Of a stretch of 64,000 nucleotides of DNA, positions 47,001 through 56,302 are shown piece by piece. The stretch's first letter is position 1; the number at the start of each line of letters is the position of its first letter. The stretch lies in the IMG/VR virus record IMGVR_UViG_3300022752_000036, positions 1 through 64,000 of that record, one strand, 5' to 3'. Origin of the DNA: a virus. The notes under the pieces are model-generated. The model worked only from the letters and a program-made list of their open reading frames with translations. It ran no database searches and was not told the origin of the DNA. The position numbers and the translations under genes were made by a program.

Positions 47001-50000
47001 CTGTTCCTGCTGCTGCTTTTGCTTGTGCAGTAGGCATTTGTCCAGACGATGGTTTATCTTTAAAGCTATCTGCCCTAAACATAGCAGGCTTTTGAGCTTT
47101 TGCTATAGCAGATTCTATTTCTGTTCTTGCGCCTTTTGGTAATTTACCTAAAGAGTCTTTTGTCATTCCCCAAATTGCAGATAAATCATTATCATGATAT
47201 ATCCTATTATTTGGAAGCATTACTGCGTGTCTTAACAATAACTTTTGTAATTCTTTTTTAGCTTTAGGAGAAAGGTTTTTAAAATATTTAGTATTAAATA
47301 TTTTTGGAGATTGTAATGCACGTAGCAATTCATTTCGTGTTAGACCACGTTTGCCTTGCCTTAAATATTGATTTTCTTTATCTGTTAATGAAAGTGTTTG
47401 TTCATCATATACTTGAACTCCATGTTCTGGCATTGATGCAATTAAAGCAGAAGTTCCTTTTGGAAGATGGTCTCCAAATGCTGTTCCTAATTCTGCAGCA
47501 GTCATTGGAACCGATTGACTTACATGAGAAGCCTGTCTAGGTCTTGATGCGCTTTGTCCATCTGCAATGCTATTTAATTTATCAAGAAGTGGAACTCCAA
47601 GCTTGTCTACTGCAGATTTCTTTAATACATATTCTCCTTCGGTAAGCCATGCTGGGACTGTATCTGTACCACTTGGTCCACCGCCTGCCATATATACTGG
47701 ACCGCCCGTAGCCATACGTCTAGGTCTTGTTGTTTCAATACTGTATGGAGCACCAAATGTTTTTACCTTAAGGTTTTGTGCAATTCTATTTAGAAGACCT
47801 CTTGTTCTACCTGGTCTTGAAAGTTCTTTCATATTACTTTTACCAGTAACTGGATCTACTACTGGCTGATTAAGTAATGGAACATTTGTAAGATTAATAC
47901 TTCTTCCTTGTGCACCTGCAATATCTGTTGCTGCGGCAGCCATCATTGCTTCTACTTCAGCATTTAAAGCCATTATTTTTGATCTAGCTTGATCAACTGT
48001 TATCTTTCCAGCTTGTAGTTCAGCAACAATTGCAGCAGATGCTTGTGCAGCATTTGAAGTTAATTCTGTCATCTTAGGCAAAAGTGCTTGATATGAATCA
48101 GAAAGTTCTGATGTTATTAGTCCAGTTCTTTCAACTTCAGTCTTTAATGTTTTAATTTCTGCGTCTGACTGCATTGCTAATGCGGCTGTCATAGAATGCC
48201 ATTTTGCTGCTTCTTCTGCAACTACACCAGTTGAAACTCCTTTTACAGATGTTATTCCTTCTATTTTTGGAAGATCTTCAGACATATAAATTTGTGGTGT
48301 TCCACCAATTTTTTGATTTACTTTAGGGGCTCCTGGAACAACTCCAAATATAGTTTGTCTTATTTTTTCATCCGTAGTCATCTTTGATACTGGATTTAAA
48401 TGAGACATTGATCTTGTATCAGTTGGACTTAATAGTGGATGATTTGGATTTACTTGTCTTCCTCCGCCAGCTACAATGGTACCGCCCATTGTTGTAAACA
48501 TTGGAGTTGTTGATATTTGCCCGCTCTTTGCTTTTGCTTCTAATATTGAAAGCTCTGCTATAAGCCCTTCAACAGCAGTTTTTAAAACAGTAGCTGCTTT
48601 TGCGTCACTATAAAAAGTTTGTTCAATTAGTGTTCCTGCTTTTTGTGCAGCCATCATTTCTGGAGTAAGCATCTTCCAGCCTTCTCCGCCTTTAAAGAAT
48701 GCCTTAAATGCTGCTGCTCCCTTAACTATATAGCCAAAGAAGTTTGCAAGAACACCAGTTAACATAATGACTGGACCAATTATTGCTGTAAGTCCCGTTA
48801 CAAATGTTAAAATTGTTTTAACTGGAGCAGGTAATTTATTTACAAATTTAACTATGCTATCTACAACATTAACAAAAAATGTTTGTACCTTTAAAAATTC
48901 TTCGCCAATTCCAGCTAGATCTGCTTTTAATGATTCTACAGCTCTCTTATACTTTCCAGATGCTGACTCTGTAACAAGATTTAATTCTCGTGCTGCTACA
49001 GAAGCTAAGTCTTGTGAGCTTGCCTTCATCAAATCTAATACTTGAAGTGTTTGACTTCCTTCTTTTCCTAAGTTTTCAAATAGCGCTTGCATTCTTGCAA
49101 ATTGAAACTTACCAAATAACTGCTCGATAGCTTGAGATTTTTGTAAAGGATTTAAATTATCTAGAGCGCCTTGAAGCTCTAGTATCATGCCAGTTAGATC
49201 TCCAGCATTATCTGTAACTATTCCCTTTAAATCAATTCCTAGTTCTGCAAATTTTTCTGTTGCAACTTTTGTTGGATTAATTAATGATGCAAGCGCTGAC
49301 TTTAAAGCATTTGCTCCTTCTGTTGCATTAACTCCACCTTCACGCATAGCAGTTAGATATAAAGCTAAGTCCTTTACGCTTCCGCCTAATCCTTGAATAA
49401 CTGGACCAGCTTTTGGAATAGCTTCAATTAAATCTGCTAAACTTGTTGAAGTTTGGTTTTCAACTGAGTTTAAAAAGTTAATTGATTCTGTTAGTTGTTC
49501 AGTATTTTGCTTAAATGCAGTTTGAATTGCTAAAGTTGCTTTCATTGCATCTTGGCGATCAACTTCTCCAAGTACTGCAAGACGACTTGTTTCTTTTACC
49601 GAACCTATAAGTTCAGCTCCCTGTTGTCCAGTTGCAGCTATATCAGCTGCTAGCTGAATTGTTTCTTTAAATGATGTTCCATATGCTGCAGAAAGTTCTT
49701 TTGCTGTTGCAGAAACATCTTTTCTAATTGCTGCAAGATCTGCTGCAGATGTAGCAGCAACTCCACCATAGACCTTTGTCAATCTTGTTAATTCGGCATC
49801 TGCTTCTCTAAATGCTTTTGCTGCAGCTGCACCAAATGCTGCTAATGGTACTGTTAGTCCTACTGTTAACTGACGACCAGCCCACTGAGTATTTTTACCC
49901 CAGTTAATTAATTGAACTCCGCCATCTTGAATAACCTTATTCATAATAGCAAGCTCTTGTCTTGCTAAAGCCGTCTTATTTTTTATCGCATCTAATCCTT

Positions 50001-50424
50001 GTGGAATATGTACGTTATATTGCATAAGCCCTTGAGCATTTTTGCCCAAGGGTTGAACTATTGCATTTTGTAGCGCTACTTGCTGTTTAGCAAGCTCTCT
50101 AATTAATCCGCCAGATGTTTTTGTATGCTCTTGAAATGTTCTAAAGTAGTCTCTTAGTTTTAGTTTTCCACCGTCTAAGTTTTTACCAAACTTTTCTACG
50201 TCAGAGCTTAGTGTTACAAAGTGTGTTGAGAATTGACCAGTTCTTCTTAAATTTTCTGCAAATGATCTATTCATTACAGCAATCTGATTTGCTAATTTTG
50301 CATCAGATTGTATTAACTGGGTTTGTAATTTAGATAGAGAGGCTGTTACCCTATTGACATCTGCAATAAGGTTTGAAAAATCCGCATTGGCAACTATATT
50401 AGTTACAATGTTTTCATCAGCCAT
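44068..50424 (-). CDS. tape measure protein
   Basis: 2118 aa helical Ala/Leu-rich; TP901-type core; GPSGTDTVPAWLTEGEYV and VGDNGPE motifs; follows tail chaperones. Confidence 0.93.
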   Translation of the reverse strand: MADENIVTNIVANADFSNLIADVNRVTASLSKLQTQLIQSDAKLANQIAVMNRSFAENLRRTGQFSTHFVTLSSDVEKFGKNLDGGKLKLRDYFRTFQEHTKTSGGLIRELAKQQVALQNAIVQPLGKNAQGLMQYNVHIPQGLDAIKNKTALARQELAIMNKVIQDGGVQLINWGKNTQWAGRQLTVGLTVPLAAFGAAAAKAFREADAELTRLTKVYGGVAATSAADLAAIRKDVSATAKELSAAYGTSFKETIQLAADIAATGQQGAELIGSVKETSRLAVLGEVDRQDAMKATLAIQTAFKQNTEQLTESINFLNSVENQTSTSLADLIEAIPKAGPVIQGLGGSVKDLALYLTAMREGGVNATEGANALKSALASLINPTKVATEKFAELGIDLKGIVTDNAGDLTGMILELQGALDNLNPLQKSQAIEQLFGKFQFARMQALFENLGKEGSQTLQVLDLMKASSQDLASVAARELNLVTESASGKYKRAVESLKADLAGIGEEFLKVQTFFVNVVDSIVKFVNKLPAPVKTILTFVTGLTAIIGPVIMLTGVLANFFGYIVKGAAAFKAFFKGGEGWKMLTPEMMAAQKAGTLIEQTFYSDAKAATVLKTAVEGLIAELSILEAKAKSGQISTTPMFTTMGGTIVAGGGRQVNPNHPLLSPTDTRSMSHLNPVSKMTTDEKIRQTIFGVVPGAPKVNQKIGGTPQIYMSEDLPKIEGITSVKGVSTGVVAEEAAKWHSMTAALAMQSDAEIKTLKTEVERTGLITSELSDSYQALLPKMTELTSNAAQASAAIVAELQAGKITVDQARSKIMALNAEVEAMMAAAATDIAGAQGRSINLTNVPLLNQPVVDPVTGKSNMKELSRPGRTRGLLNRIAQNLKVKTFGAPYSIETTRPRRMATGGPVYMAGGGPSGTDTVPAWLTEGEYVLKKSAVDKLGVPLLDKLNSIADGQSASRPRQASHVSQSVPMTAAELGTAFGDHLPKGTSALIASMPEHGVQVYDEQTLSLTDKENQYLRQGKRGLTRNELLRALQSPKIFNTKYFKNLSPKAKKELQKLLLRHAVMLPNNRIYHDNDLSAIWGMTKDSLGKLPKGARTEIESAIAKAQKPAMFRADSFKDKPSSGQMPTAQAKAAAGTDPYYYQLPDSPTGKVGKSAVITTDPITGQKASHVTGGTKKFRKSIFEDLLASRKFMGAPRKASGGYIGGSSGPMGYENGGPVKGYRGGGLVAGLLAAMGIPLLGNMLGNKVGGTTGAAISNVSNILPFLLPMGAMGGMTRGLTSKLPQGATSTLKPLAQTSANLINMGKAGSQAGAVMSKLGPVLGRVLASATPLGLAITGITTALTAGFTVFKKYQEQQKLNALGYGLTAEAAQKAGIKFVDYNQKIKDSIQRSKDLMEANKLSYESMTQAGIPIKMTITEYRKLKEEVKGAFDEQIKLINSTKKAELGDLAVRFKQQFIAAGMSADEATKKIYAMFALSKNADMAAISTVGNKDFSAIQDAKGAAAGSLKSFDTATRLGNAQSQAAALNTALTAVDAGIEEIIKKSEEAAKKDKTGKTEKISMYQAEIQMMDYLNQSQYKQTTLTAATIKEMAKANPAIKELANTSDTVVSVWQKLRLQALGLQGDLSQLNAAQTQALYNMGMIIQQKVIDANKQVGGALADEYDQLGKLKAQREKLATQAKGQSVKDQISARDRIKALQKQIDATNKLADARIKALNAAKEDADLNREMESARLEVQFAQSTGNTQQEAQARLRYESAVQNLQTLGQTRAIEAARDKANAPLIAEVEKINEANQKLADAAAAAGENLATLDKKIAALNKTIDSLNAAQTAYNLNLVKFLDENPGMTEADFRKTETGKYLLAGLVAPTEAAGVNLGPKKGANGQWYGLPNGGSSKPDQAGDLASKSITADRLIIGGKDYIDYMKASAGPTPATPAKFSDDPKKSGQYAGGTYVTASELEKSGAKKQFRGAGDRTGTWVGSTFTDKNGQRWRVTGEAGYAGFSVVKAGKGLTHINPNIPTIVGDNGPEMLFGNMVIPDINNMPYATPTYNVQTGQKNFANLASQSAPQQPIVLNQTIMQAEGENMDALVRKVTTATIEVLEKGNRRSISEMGPRRS

Positions 50425-50431
50425 ACGCTAT

Positions 50432-50800
50432 CTACTCCTTAACATATCCTAGTCCCGCCCCTATTCCAAAGCCAGCTTCTTGAGCCAGTGGTCCCTGCAG
50501 AGAAAGTATATCGCTATCATCTGCATTTATTCCTAGTGCTCTCTTTCTGACTTCTTCAAAACTAGAACTGTTTTCTTTTTCTTCATCATCTTCTAAGTTT
50601 ATACCCTTAAGGCTTGCAGTAAATTTTCTTTTTTCTGATTCCTTTTTAGATATTGATTTTAGTGTTTGAATAAGTTCTGGCATTGAGAGATTTGATTCTA
50701 GTTCATCGTAATTCCGCCAATGTCCTAGAAGAAACACTTCTCCCTCTAAGGCAGCTAGATCTAGTTCATCCCAGCTAGAACCGCCGCCTGAGTTAAATTT
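50432..50800 (-). CDS. tail assembly chaperone, frameshifted C-terminal part (gpT-like)
   Basis: -1 frame open from slippery site: ...NSGGGSSWDELDLAALEGEVFLLGHW... Confidence 0.75.
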   Translation of the reverse strand, partial: KFNSGGGSSWDELDLAALEGEVFLLGHWRNYDELESNLSMPELIQTLKSISKKESEKRKFTASLKGINLEDDEEKENSSSFEEVRKRALGINADDSDILSLQGPLAQEAGFGIGAGLGYVKE

Positions 50801-51099
50801 GCGTTATCATCATCCATCTTAATTCCACCACAGACTTCTAGAATTCTGTTGATTGTTGGAATGTCAAGTGCTGCTTCTAGCGCATCTTTATCTTTTACCA
50901 GGTTTGGAAGTTGGCCTTCAAGCGCCACTCCGCATGCCTCAATTAACAGATCAAGCGATTGTGATTGTTCTGTAACATCTGCAGTTTTGGTAATGACTGC
51001 CATAAACTTTCTTAGTTCTTTAATAGATAACGGCTTCAATTTTGCTATTGAGCCATCTTGTAGAGTAACTTCTTCTACGTTATATACTGTAGTTGCCAA
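50761..51099 (-). CDS. tail assembly chaperone (gpG-like)
   Basis: Between major tail and tape measure; SD AGGAGG. Confidence 0.8.
   Translation of the reverse strand: MATTVYNVEEVTLQDGSIAKLKPLSIKELRKFMAVITKTADVTEQSQSLDLLIEACGVALEGQLPNLVKDKDALEAALDIPTINRILEVCGGIKMDDDNANLTQAAVLAGMN
50794..50800 (-). other. -1 programmed ribosomal frameshift site A AAT TTA
   Basis: X XXY YYZ heptamer in frame near the end of gpG-like ORF; -1 frame has TAA just upstream and is open downstream. Confidence 0.8.
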
Positions 51100-51158
51100 T
51101 TTATCCTCCTTGGATAGTCTTAATTATTATAGCATAATGATATTACAGACACAATAAC

Positions 51159-51182
51159 AAAGCCCCCTAAAAAGGGGGCTTT
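51159..51182 (-). terminator. terminator after major tail gene
   Basis: AAAGCCCCCT / AGGGGGCTTT perfect stem. Confidence 0.75.
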
Positions 51183-51197
51183 ATTATCTTAATTTAA

Positions 51198-51881
51198 TTA
51201 AGCTGGGGTCCAAGTACGGTCAATAATCTTTCCGTACTCTGATCCTACGTAACCTGCGTCTGGAAGAAGACGGAATGTTACTGGGAAAGATGTTGGTGTA
51301 TTACGAGCAAGTGAGAATTGTGACTGTTGTACAGACAATACACGACGTGCATAGTAAATACGCTCTGAGTTTGGTGTTACATCTGTTGGAGCTTGTCCAA
51401 TAGCTACGAGCTGACGCTCTGTTGGAGCAACACCGAGAGATCCTGCTTCAAGTCCAAGAGTCTTTCCTGAATTTGTAAGAGTTGATTGTCCCTGTCCGAA
51501 AACTACAAGAACGTTCTCAAGTGTTCCTTCTGCCATTTCTGTTGCGATCATAACTTCCATCGCAGACTTAAATAGCTTTGCTGTATCCAGCAACTGGTCA
51601 ACAGTTACTGAATCGTATGTTGGGTTATAAGTGATCTGAAGACCATTGTTAGTAAATCCAACGTTACGGTAAGCATTGTTTGCTGTTGACTGTGCAGCAT
51701 CTAGTGTTGTACGATAAGAAGCTGTAGCAGCAAATGCTGGAACGCCATCTTTTGCAGATGTACCAGTTCTTGCTACTCCTGGCTCTGTATTTTCGACATA
51801 ACCTGATACAGTAGAGTCAGAATTCGAGATGTAGAGCGGTGAAGCTCCCACAAGAATATTTTTGGCTGAGTTAAATGCCAT
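51198..51881 (-). CDS. major tail tube protein
   Basis: Position; NVGFTNNGL..TY.P...VDQ motif; strong SD and terminator. Confidence 0.85.
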   Translation of the reverse strand: MAFNSAKNILVGASPLYISNSDSTVSGYVENTEPGVARTGTSAKDGVPAFAATASYRTTLDAAQSTANNAYRNVGFTNNGLQITYNPTYDSVTVDQLLDTAKLFKSAMEVMIATEMAEGTLENVLVVFGQGQSTLTNSGKTLGLEAGSLGVAPTERQLVAIGQAPTDVTPNSERIYYARRVLSVQQSQFSLARNTPTSFPVTFRLLPDAGYVGSEYGKIIDRTWTPA

Positions 51882-52008
51882 CTTTGTTTTTCCTCCTGTT
51901 TCAAAAAAATATATATATATATTTTGTTGCTGTCAATCTTTGAATCTTTGGCTGGCTAGGCCCTTTCCTCTATATCCAATTATAGGGAATTATGCCCCTT
52001 AAGGCAAA

Positions 52009-52533
52009 TTAATCAAATCTGCCTGCTGTGTCAACATTACGGGCATATTTAACTTCTAGTATAACGTCTGAAGAGAAGAACCCAGCTAGTTCTTCAGAGG
52101 GGGTGGTCGGAGATATATCAGCTATAAATACGCTATAGAACTTAAATTTTTCAGATAACACTGAATAATCTCTATTTATTTCAGTAGCCGTCTCGTCCAT
52201 TCTTCTATATACGTCAGTCATCATATTTCGAATTTGAACTATGTCTGAAATATCTGTAGAATATATTGTAAATAAAATTTGTTCGCAACAAATAACCCAG
52301 TTTTCTTCATAGGATAACCCTATCTTGTCATAGACTATATGCTTTTTACCATTTAAAAATTGATTCATTTCTGGCAATTGTTGAACTGGTATTATAGGAA
52401 TTAACTCTTCTCCTAGATTATCGCTATAATAATCTTGTGGATTAAATAGGTCTGCTTCTAGCAATTCCTGCCAAAGATGCGATCTTAAATCATACATTAC
52501 ATCATGTTTATAATCATTAACTGACGGGCTCAT
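52009..52533 (-). CDS. tail terminator/completion protein (putative)
   Basis: Synteny directly upstream of major tail. Confidence 0.55.
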   Translation of the reverse strand: MSPSVNDYKHDVMYDLRSHLWQELLEADLFNPQDYYSDNLGEELIPIIPVQQLPEMNQFLNGKKHIVYDKIGLSYEENWVICCEQILFTIYSTDISDIVQIRNMMTDVYRRMDETATEINRDYSVLSEKFKFYSVFIADISPTTPSEELAGFFSSDVILEVKYARNVDTAGRFD

Positions 52534-53312
52534 TAAATTCCTCCAAATGCTGATGCCACTGCAGAAGTTGCTTGTAAATCTACAGTATTAGGCGAAAATG
52601 AGTATCTAACTTTTTTAATATCAACAGGAAGCTTCATTGCTTTTGTTAAAGAAGAATTGAATATTTGCTGGAACCCTGATTTCTTGATAGATAAATTTAC
52701 AAGATTGCTTGTAAAAAATCTTGCATATGCAATTTGAAATCTATTTGTTGCTTTTCCTCCACCTGGTTTTTTAACAGTAACTGCTGCTCCCTTTGGCATT
52801 CTAATAACTCTTTCATCTATTTCAAATACAAGTCTTTCTGCTGCACGTGGACGTATTACAACTGGATCTCCAGCTTCCATAACTGCTGCTTTATTTTTAA
52901 AAACGTGACGTGATTTTCCATAGTTTGTAGGCACCATTGATTTTGAATCTTTAAATGAATATCCTAATCTAAAAGATAAACCTATTGATTCTCTAATTTC
53001 TAGAGCAAATAATCTAGATGTTTTATTTCCCGTCTTTTTCCATTCATACACATGATGAAGTGTTGATGGATTTATTCTTGCCTGTGCATCTATATATTCT
53101 CCAAAATCTTTTTGAATTTGAGAAAATATAACGCTACGAAATTTTTCTTGAAATTGTTTATTTGTTGTAAGTTTAGACATTACTTTAGATTGATAATATA
53201 CTGCAGCAGAAACTTGTGCTACTGTACTATCTTTTAATACAATGCCAGAAGTACCAGACATGTACTTATGTAGTCCGCTGGCTGCTTGTACCAATACTGC
53301 ACTAGAGTCCAA
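52533..53312 (-). CDS. neck/tail completion protein (putative)
   Basis: Synteny; basic protein. Confidence 0.5.
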   Translation of the reverse strand: MDSSAVLVQAASGLHKYMSGTSGIVLKDSTVAQVSAAVYYQSKVMSKLTTNKQFQEKFRSVIFSQIQKDFGEYIDAQARINPSTLHHVYEWKKTGNKTSRLFALEIRESIGLSFRLGYSFKDSKSMVPTNYGKSRHVFKNKAAVMEAGDPVVIRPRAAERLVFEIDERVIRMPKGAAVTVKKPGGGKATNRFQIAYARFFTSNLVNLSIKKSGFQQIFNSSLTKAMKLPVDIKKVRYSFSPNTVDLQATSAVASAFGGI

Positions 53313-53730
53313 TTACCTGGTTCTCCGATCTTTTAATTGTAGTGTTATAACCAACAACCACTCCAAACAAATCTGTTATAGGTGTTGTTCCCATAACTTC
53401 AAAAACAGTAGGTGTATCGGTTGGAAAGTTTTGTTCTACCCATATTACTGTTCCTTCTGCGTCACGTAAATTAGTTATTTTTTCACGATATCCAATTTTA
53501 CCTATTGTTCTAATTTGTATGATTTGCTCATTAGTATATTTATTACTTAAAACTTGCTTGTCTCCGCTTCTAGAAGAAGAAGAATTAGATATGACTCCTT
53601 TTGCATGACAAGGTATACTTCTATCATATTGCCATTCTTTTTTTAATTGTCCGCTGTCAGGATCTTGATAGTCTATTTGTTTATAGACGTCCATATTCAT
53701 GCTTAATATAGAATCTATTAAATCATTCAT
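53302..53730 (-). CDS. head closure/stopper protein (putative)
   Basis: Synteny; small beta-rich protein. Confidence 0.55.
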   Translation of the reverse strand: MNDLIDSILSMNMDVYKQIDYQDPDSGQLKKEWQYDRSIPCHAKGVISNSSSSRSGDKQVLSNKYTNEQIIQIRTIGKIGYREKITNLRDAEGTVIWVEQNFPTDTPTVFEVMGTTPITDLFGVVVGYNTTIKRSENQVIGL

Positions 53731-54704
53731 TATATTACTACCATTTGGCTTAGCACGTAATCTGCAAGCAAATTATCAACATATAAATTTCCTGTTGTTT
53801 TATGTGCATCTGGCGTATATTCAAAATCCCAGTCAAATGTTGATATTGATTTAATATATTTATTTCTCCAGATTCTATCTTTTGAGAAATAGTCTTTCAT
53901 GAGTTCTATACATGCTGTTTCTATATCATTTGGAACATGTGTCCAGCCAAATCTTCCTTCAATTTTGTAAGCCTGATCTTTAACAAATGCTCCTTGATAT
54001 GAATCATTGATAGAAGGTGGCACTAAACCGTTAGCTGAATATACCAAATTATCCAGCGAGCTTGCTCTATTGATTCTAACTCCAAATCCAGATTCTGATA
54101 TTTGTGTTTGATATATCCAATTATTAGAGTTGCTTATATTATCTAAAACAAGAACGTCGTTTTGATATATTCTATGTATTGTGCTAATTTTTGCTGGCAA
54201 AGGAAGAACATCTGATCCAGAACCGTATACGGTAACAGTGTCTAGATATGGATAAAATTTTTGAGTTGTAAAACTTTCAATTGTTTTTCTTGCATATCTT
54301 TCTGCTTGAACAATTTGAAAATATGTTTTATAGTTAGGGTCTGAAGGATCTGAGCCTAAACCTAGCTCTTCCCCAGCCTGTGTTATGTCTACATATGGAG
54401 TTACAACAATAAGGTCATCTGTTTTTTCTAAGCTTTCTCCGTTTACAGAATACTCCCATTTAATAACCATTCTTCTATCTCTATTTACAAGAGAAATTGG
54501 TGGATATACTTCGTAAACTCCAATATCTGTTTCAATTTTTGTAGAAACAAGGGTAGACAAAACTGTTCCTGGATTAATATTGTAAAGAGGATCTAAAGTT
54601 ACATCATATATCTTAGCTGTAGGTGTAAAATCAGCATCTGCTGGAGCACCTCTCCAATATACTTTATGCTTTATTGGTGCATTGGTCCCTACTAATATCT
54701 CCAT
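53730..54704 (-). CDS. head-tail adaptor protein
   Basis: Synteny; GRFGWTHVPNDIETAC..L motif. Confidence 0.65.
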   Translation of the reverse strand: MEILVGTNAPIKHKVYWRGAPADADFTPTAKIYDVTLDPLYNINPGTVLSTLVSTKIETDIGVYEVYPPISLVNRDRRMVIKWEYSVNGESLEKTDDLIVVTPYVDITQAGEELGLGSDPSDPNYKTYFQIVQAERYARKTIESFTTQKFYPYLDTVTVYGSGSDVLPLPAKISTIHRIYQNDVLVLDNISNSNNWIYQTQISESGFGVRINRASSLDNLVYSANGLVPPSINDSYQGAFVKDQAYKIEGRFGWTHVPNDIETACIELMKDYFSKDRIWRNKYIKSISTFDWDFEYTPDAHKTTGNLYVDNLLADYVLSQMVVI

Positions 54705-54714
54705 TTAGTAAAGA

Positions 54715-55122
54715 TTATCCGTAATACTCCTGTACTTCCTTTGGGGTAGCTAAACGGAAACCTTCCTCCTTGTCAAAAATTTCTTGAGCTTGATTTTCAT
54801 TCATTGCAACAAACGGATGCTCTTTTGTAAATGTAAAACCAAGAATATCATATCTAAAATTTTCTCTAGTCATTCTAACTAGTACTGTATCCTCTGCATT
54901 AATTGATTTTGTATCAAGCCTTGGAAGAACTTCTTCTGATGCAAAAGCGTCCTCGTTAGCCTCTTTAACTGTATCAAGTGTCTTTTGATATACTGACCAG
55001 GTCACGCCTTCTTCTGCTAATGCGGCAATTATATTTGCCTTGCTTTTAATTCCGTCAGTATCTACTGCAAAGTTCTCTGCAATTTCTCTGAGTTCTGCGA
55101 CTTTTAATGTCTCAAATGACAT
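54715..55122 (-). CDS. Rho-N/HeH-like domain protein
   Basis: LKVAELREIA...KSKANIIAAL N-terminal helix-extension-helix. Confidence 0.65.
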   Translation of the reverse strand: MSFETLKVAELREIAENFAVDTDGIKSKANIIAALAEEGVTWSVYQKTLDTVKEANEDAFASEEVLPRLDTKSINAEDTVLVRMTRENFRYDILGFTFTKEHPFVAMNENQAQEIFDKEEGFRLATPKEVQEYYG

Positions 55123-55176
55123 GTATTACTCCTTCTACTAGGTATTAACAATTATAGCATTGTTAAATTAAAATGA

Positions 55177-55210
55177 AAAGCCCCCCAAAAATTTATTTTG
55201 AGGGGCCTTT
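55177..55210 (-). terminator. terminator after major capsid gene
   Basis: GC stem with T-run on minus strand. Confidence 0.65.
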
Positions 55211-55231
55211 AGCGGATCTAAATCCTATATA

Positions 55232-56287
55232 TTAGGAAGCGACCTTAACGTTCTTGACAACTACCCAGCAGTCTGCCTGCTCGATTTGAACTCCTACACG
55301 AGTATACATTGTGTACTCAATAGAGTCCTTACGTGGCCAGAAGAAACGATAAACTGTGACATCACGCTTAATACCAACAACAATGTTGTTAGGGAATGTC
55401 AAGTGTACATCTCCATGGCTTCCTGAAGCTCCTGTGTGGGTTCCTGTCTGTGTTTCTGGAAGTAGTGGAACTTCAACAATTGGAATACCAAATGCGAATG
55501 GTGCCACAAATCCTGCTGGACCACCTAGACCAGGCTGAGCTCCACGGATAACGCTTGAAGCGATATCTTGTGGGTTAGCTGAACCATCTGAACCCAACTG
55601 TGATGTTGAGTATAGATAATCCTGGATCAAGTTTGAACCAGCAAGGAAGCGAAGGTCTGCACGGCGCTGCTTGTACTTACGTGGCATTGCCTTAAGTGCC
55701 TTGTTGAATACTTCACGAGAAATAGTTGCTCCTGTTGCATCAACAACACGACCTGTTGCCTTTGACTTCTTTACAACGCCATCGAATGACTTGTAAAGTG
55801 CGTCTGATGTTAGAGATGTATCTCCATTTAGAAGAACATCTTCAATGTCATTTCCTGCTTGTGTTGCCATCAAACGTGCAATATGATCTTCGAGATCTGC
55901 ACCTTCGATGTTGTCCTCAAGGGACTCTGTTGAAAGCTCCCAGTCCATGCGGAGTTTCTTTGTTGTAAGAGAGATCTTTGAGAAGGTTACTGCTGAGTTA
56001 GCAGCTGTGTTTTCTCCTTCAGAAGCGAGCTTCATAAGCTTCTCGCCAACTGACATACGATCAATTTCTGCTGTATCTGACTTCAATCTTACTGTACGTG
56101 CGACCTTGCCGATTACGGTTGCGTCGAACATATAGTCAAGGAAGCGAGCAGATTGCTCTGGGTTTAGAAGACCGCCGTTGCCTGATTCGGCTGCACGGTG
56201 TACTCCACCAGCAGCGGTATCAGAAGCAAATGTGCCAGTTACTGTTGTACCAGCTGCGGCAGCTTTTTCTAATAGTTCATTGCTCAT
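55232..56287 (-). CDS. major capsid protein (HK97 fold)
   Basis: GGLLNPEQS, ELSTESLEDNIEG, LLNGD; follows protease/scaffold; followed by terminator. Confidence 0.92.
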   Translation of the reverse strand: MSNELLEKAAAAGTTVTGTFASDTAAGGVHRAAESGNGGLLNPEQSARFLDYMFDATVIGKVARTVRLKSDTAEIDRMSVGEKLMKLASEGENTAANSAVTFSKISLTTKKLRMDWELSTESLEDNIEGADLEDHIARLMATQAGNDIEDVLLNGDTSLTSDALYKSFDGVVKKSKATGRVVDATGATISREVFNKALKAMPRKYKQRRADLRFLAGSNLIQDYLYSTSQLGSDGSANPQDIASSVIRGAQPGLGGPAGFVAPFAFGIPIVEVPLLPETQTGTHTGASGSHGDVHLTFPNNIVVGIKRDVTVYRFFWPRKDSIEYTMYTRVGVQIEQADCWVVVKNVKVAS

Positions 56288-56302
56288 TGTTTTTTACCTA
56301 CC

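Noticed and set aside
51903-51925. A-run/(AT)n/T-run palindrome upstream of the major tail gene
   Set aside because: Low-complexity AT tract; could be a weak leader hairpin but nothing supports a specific function.
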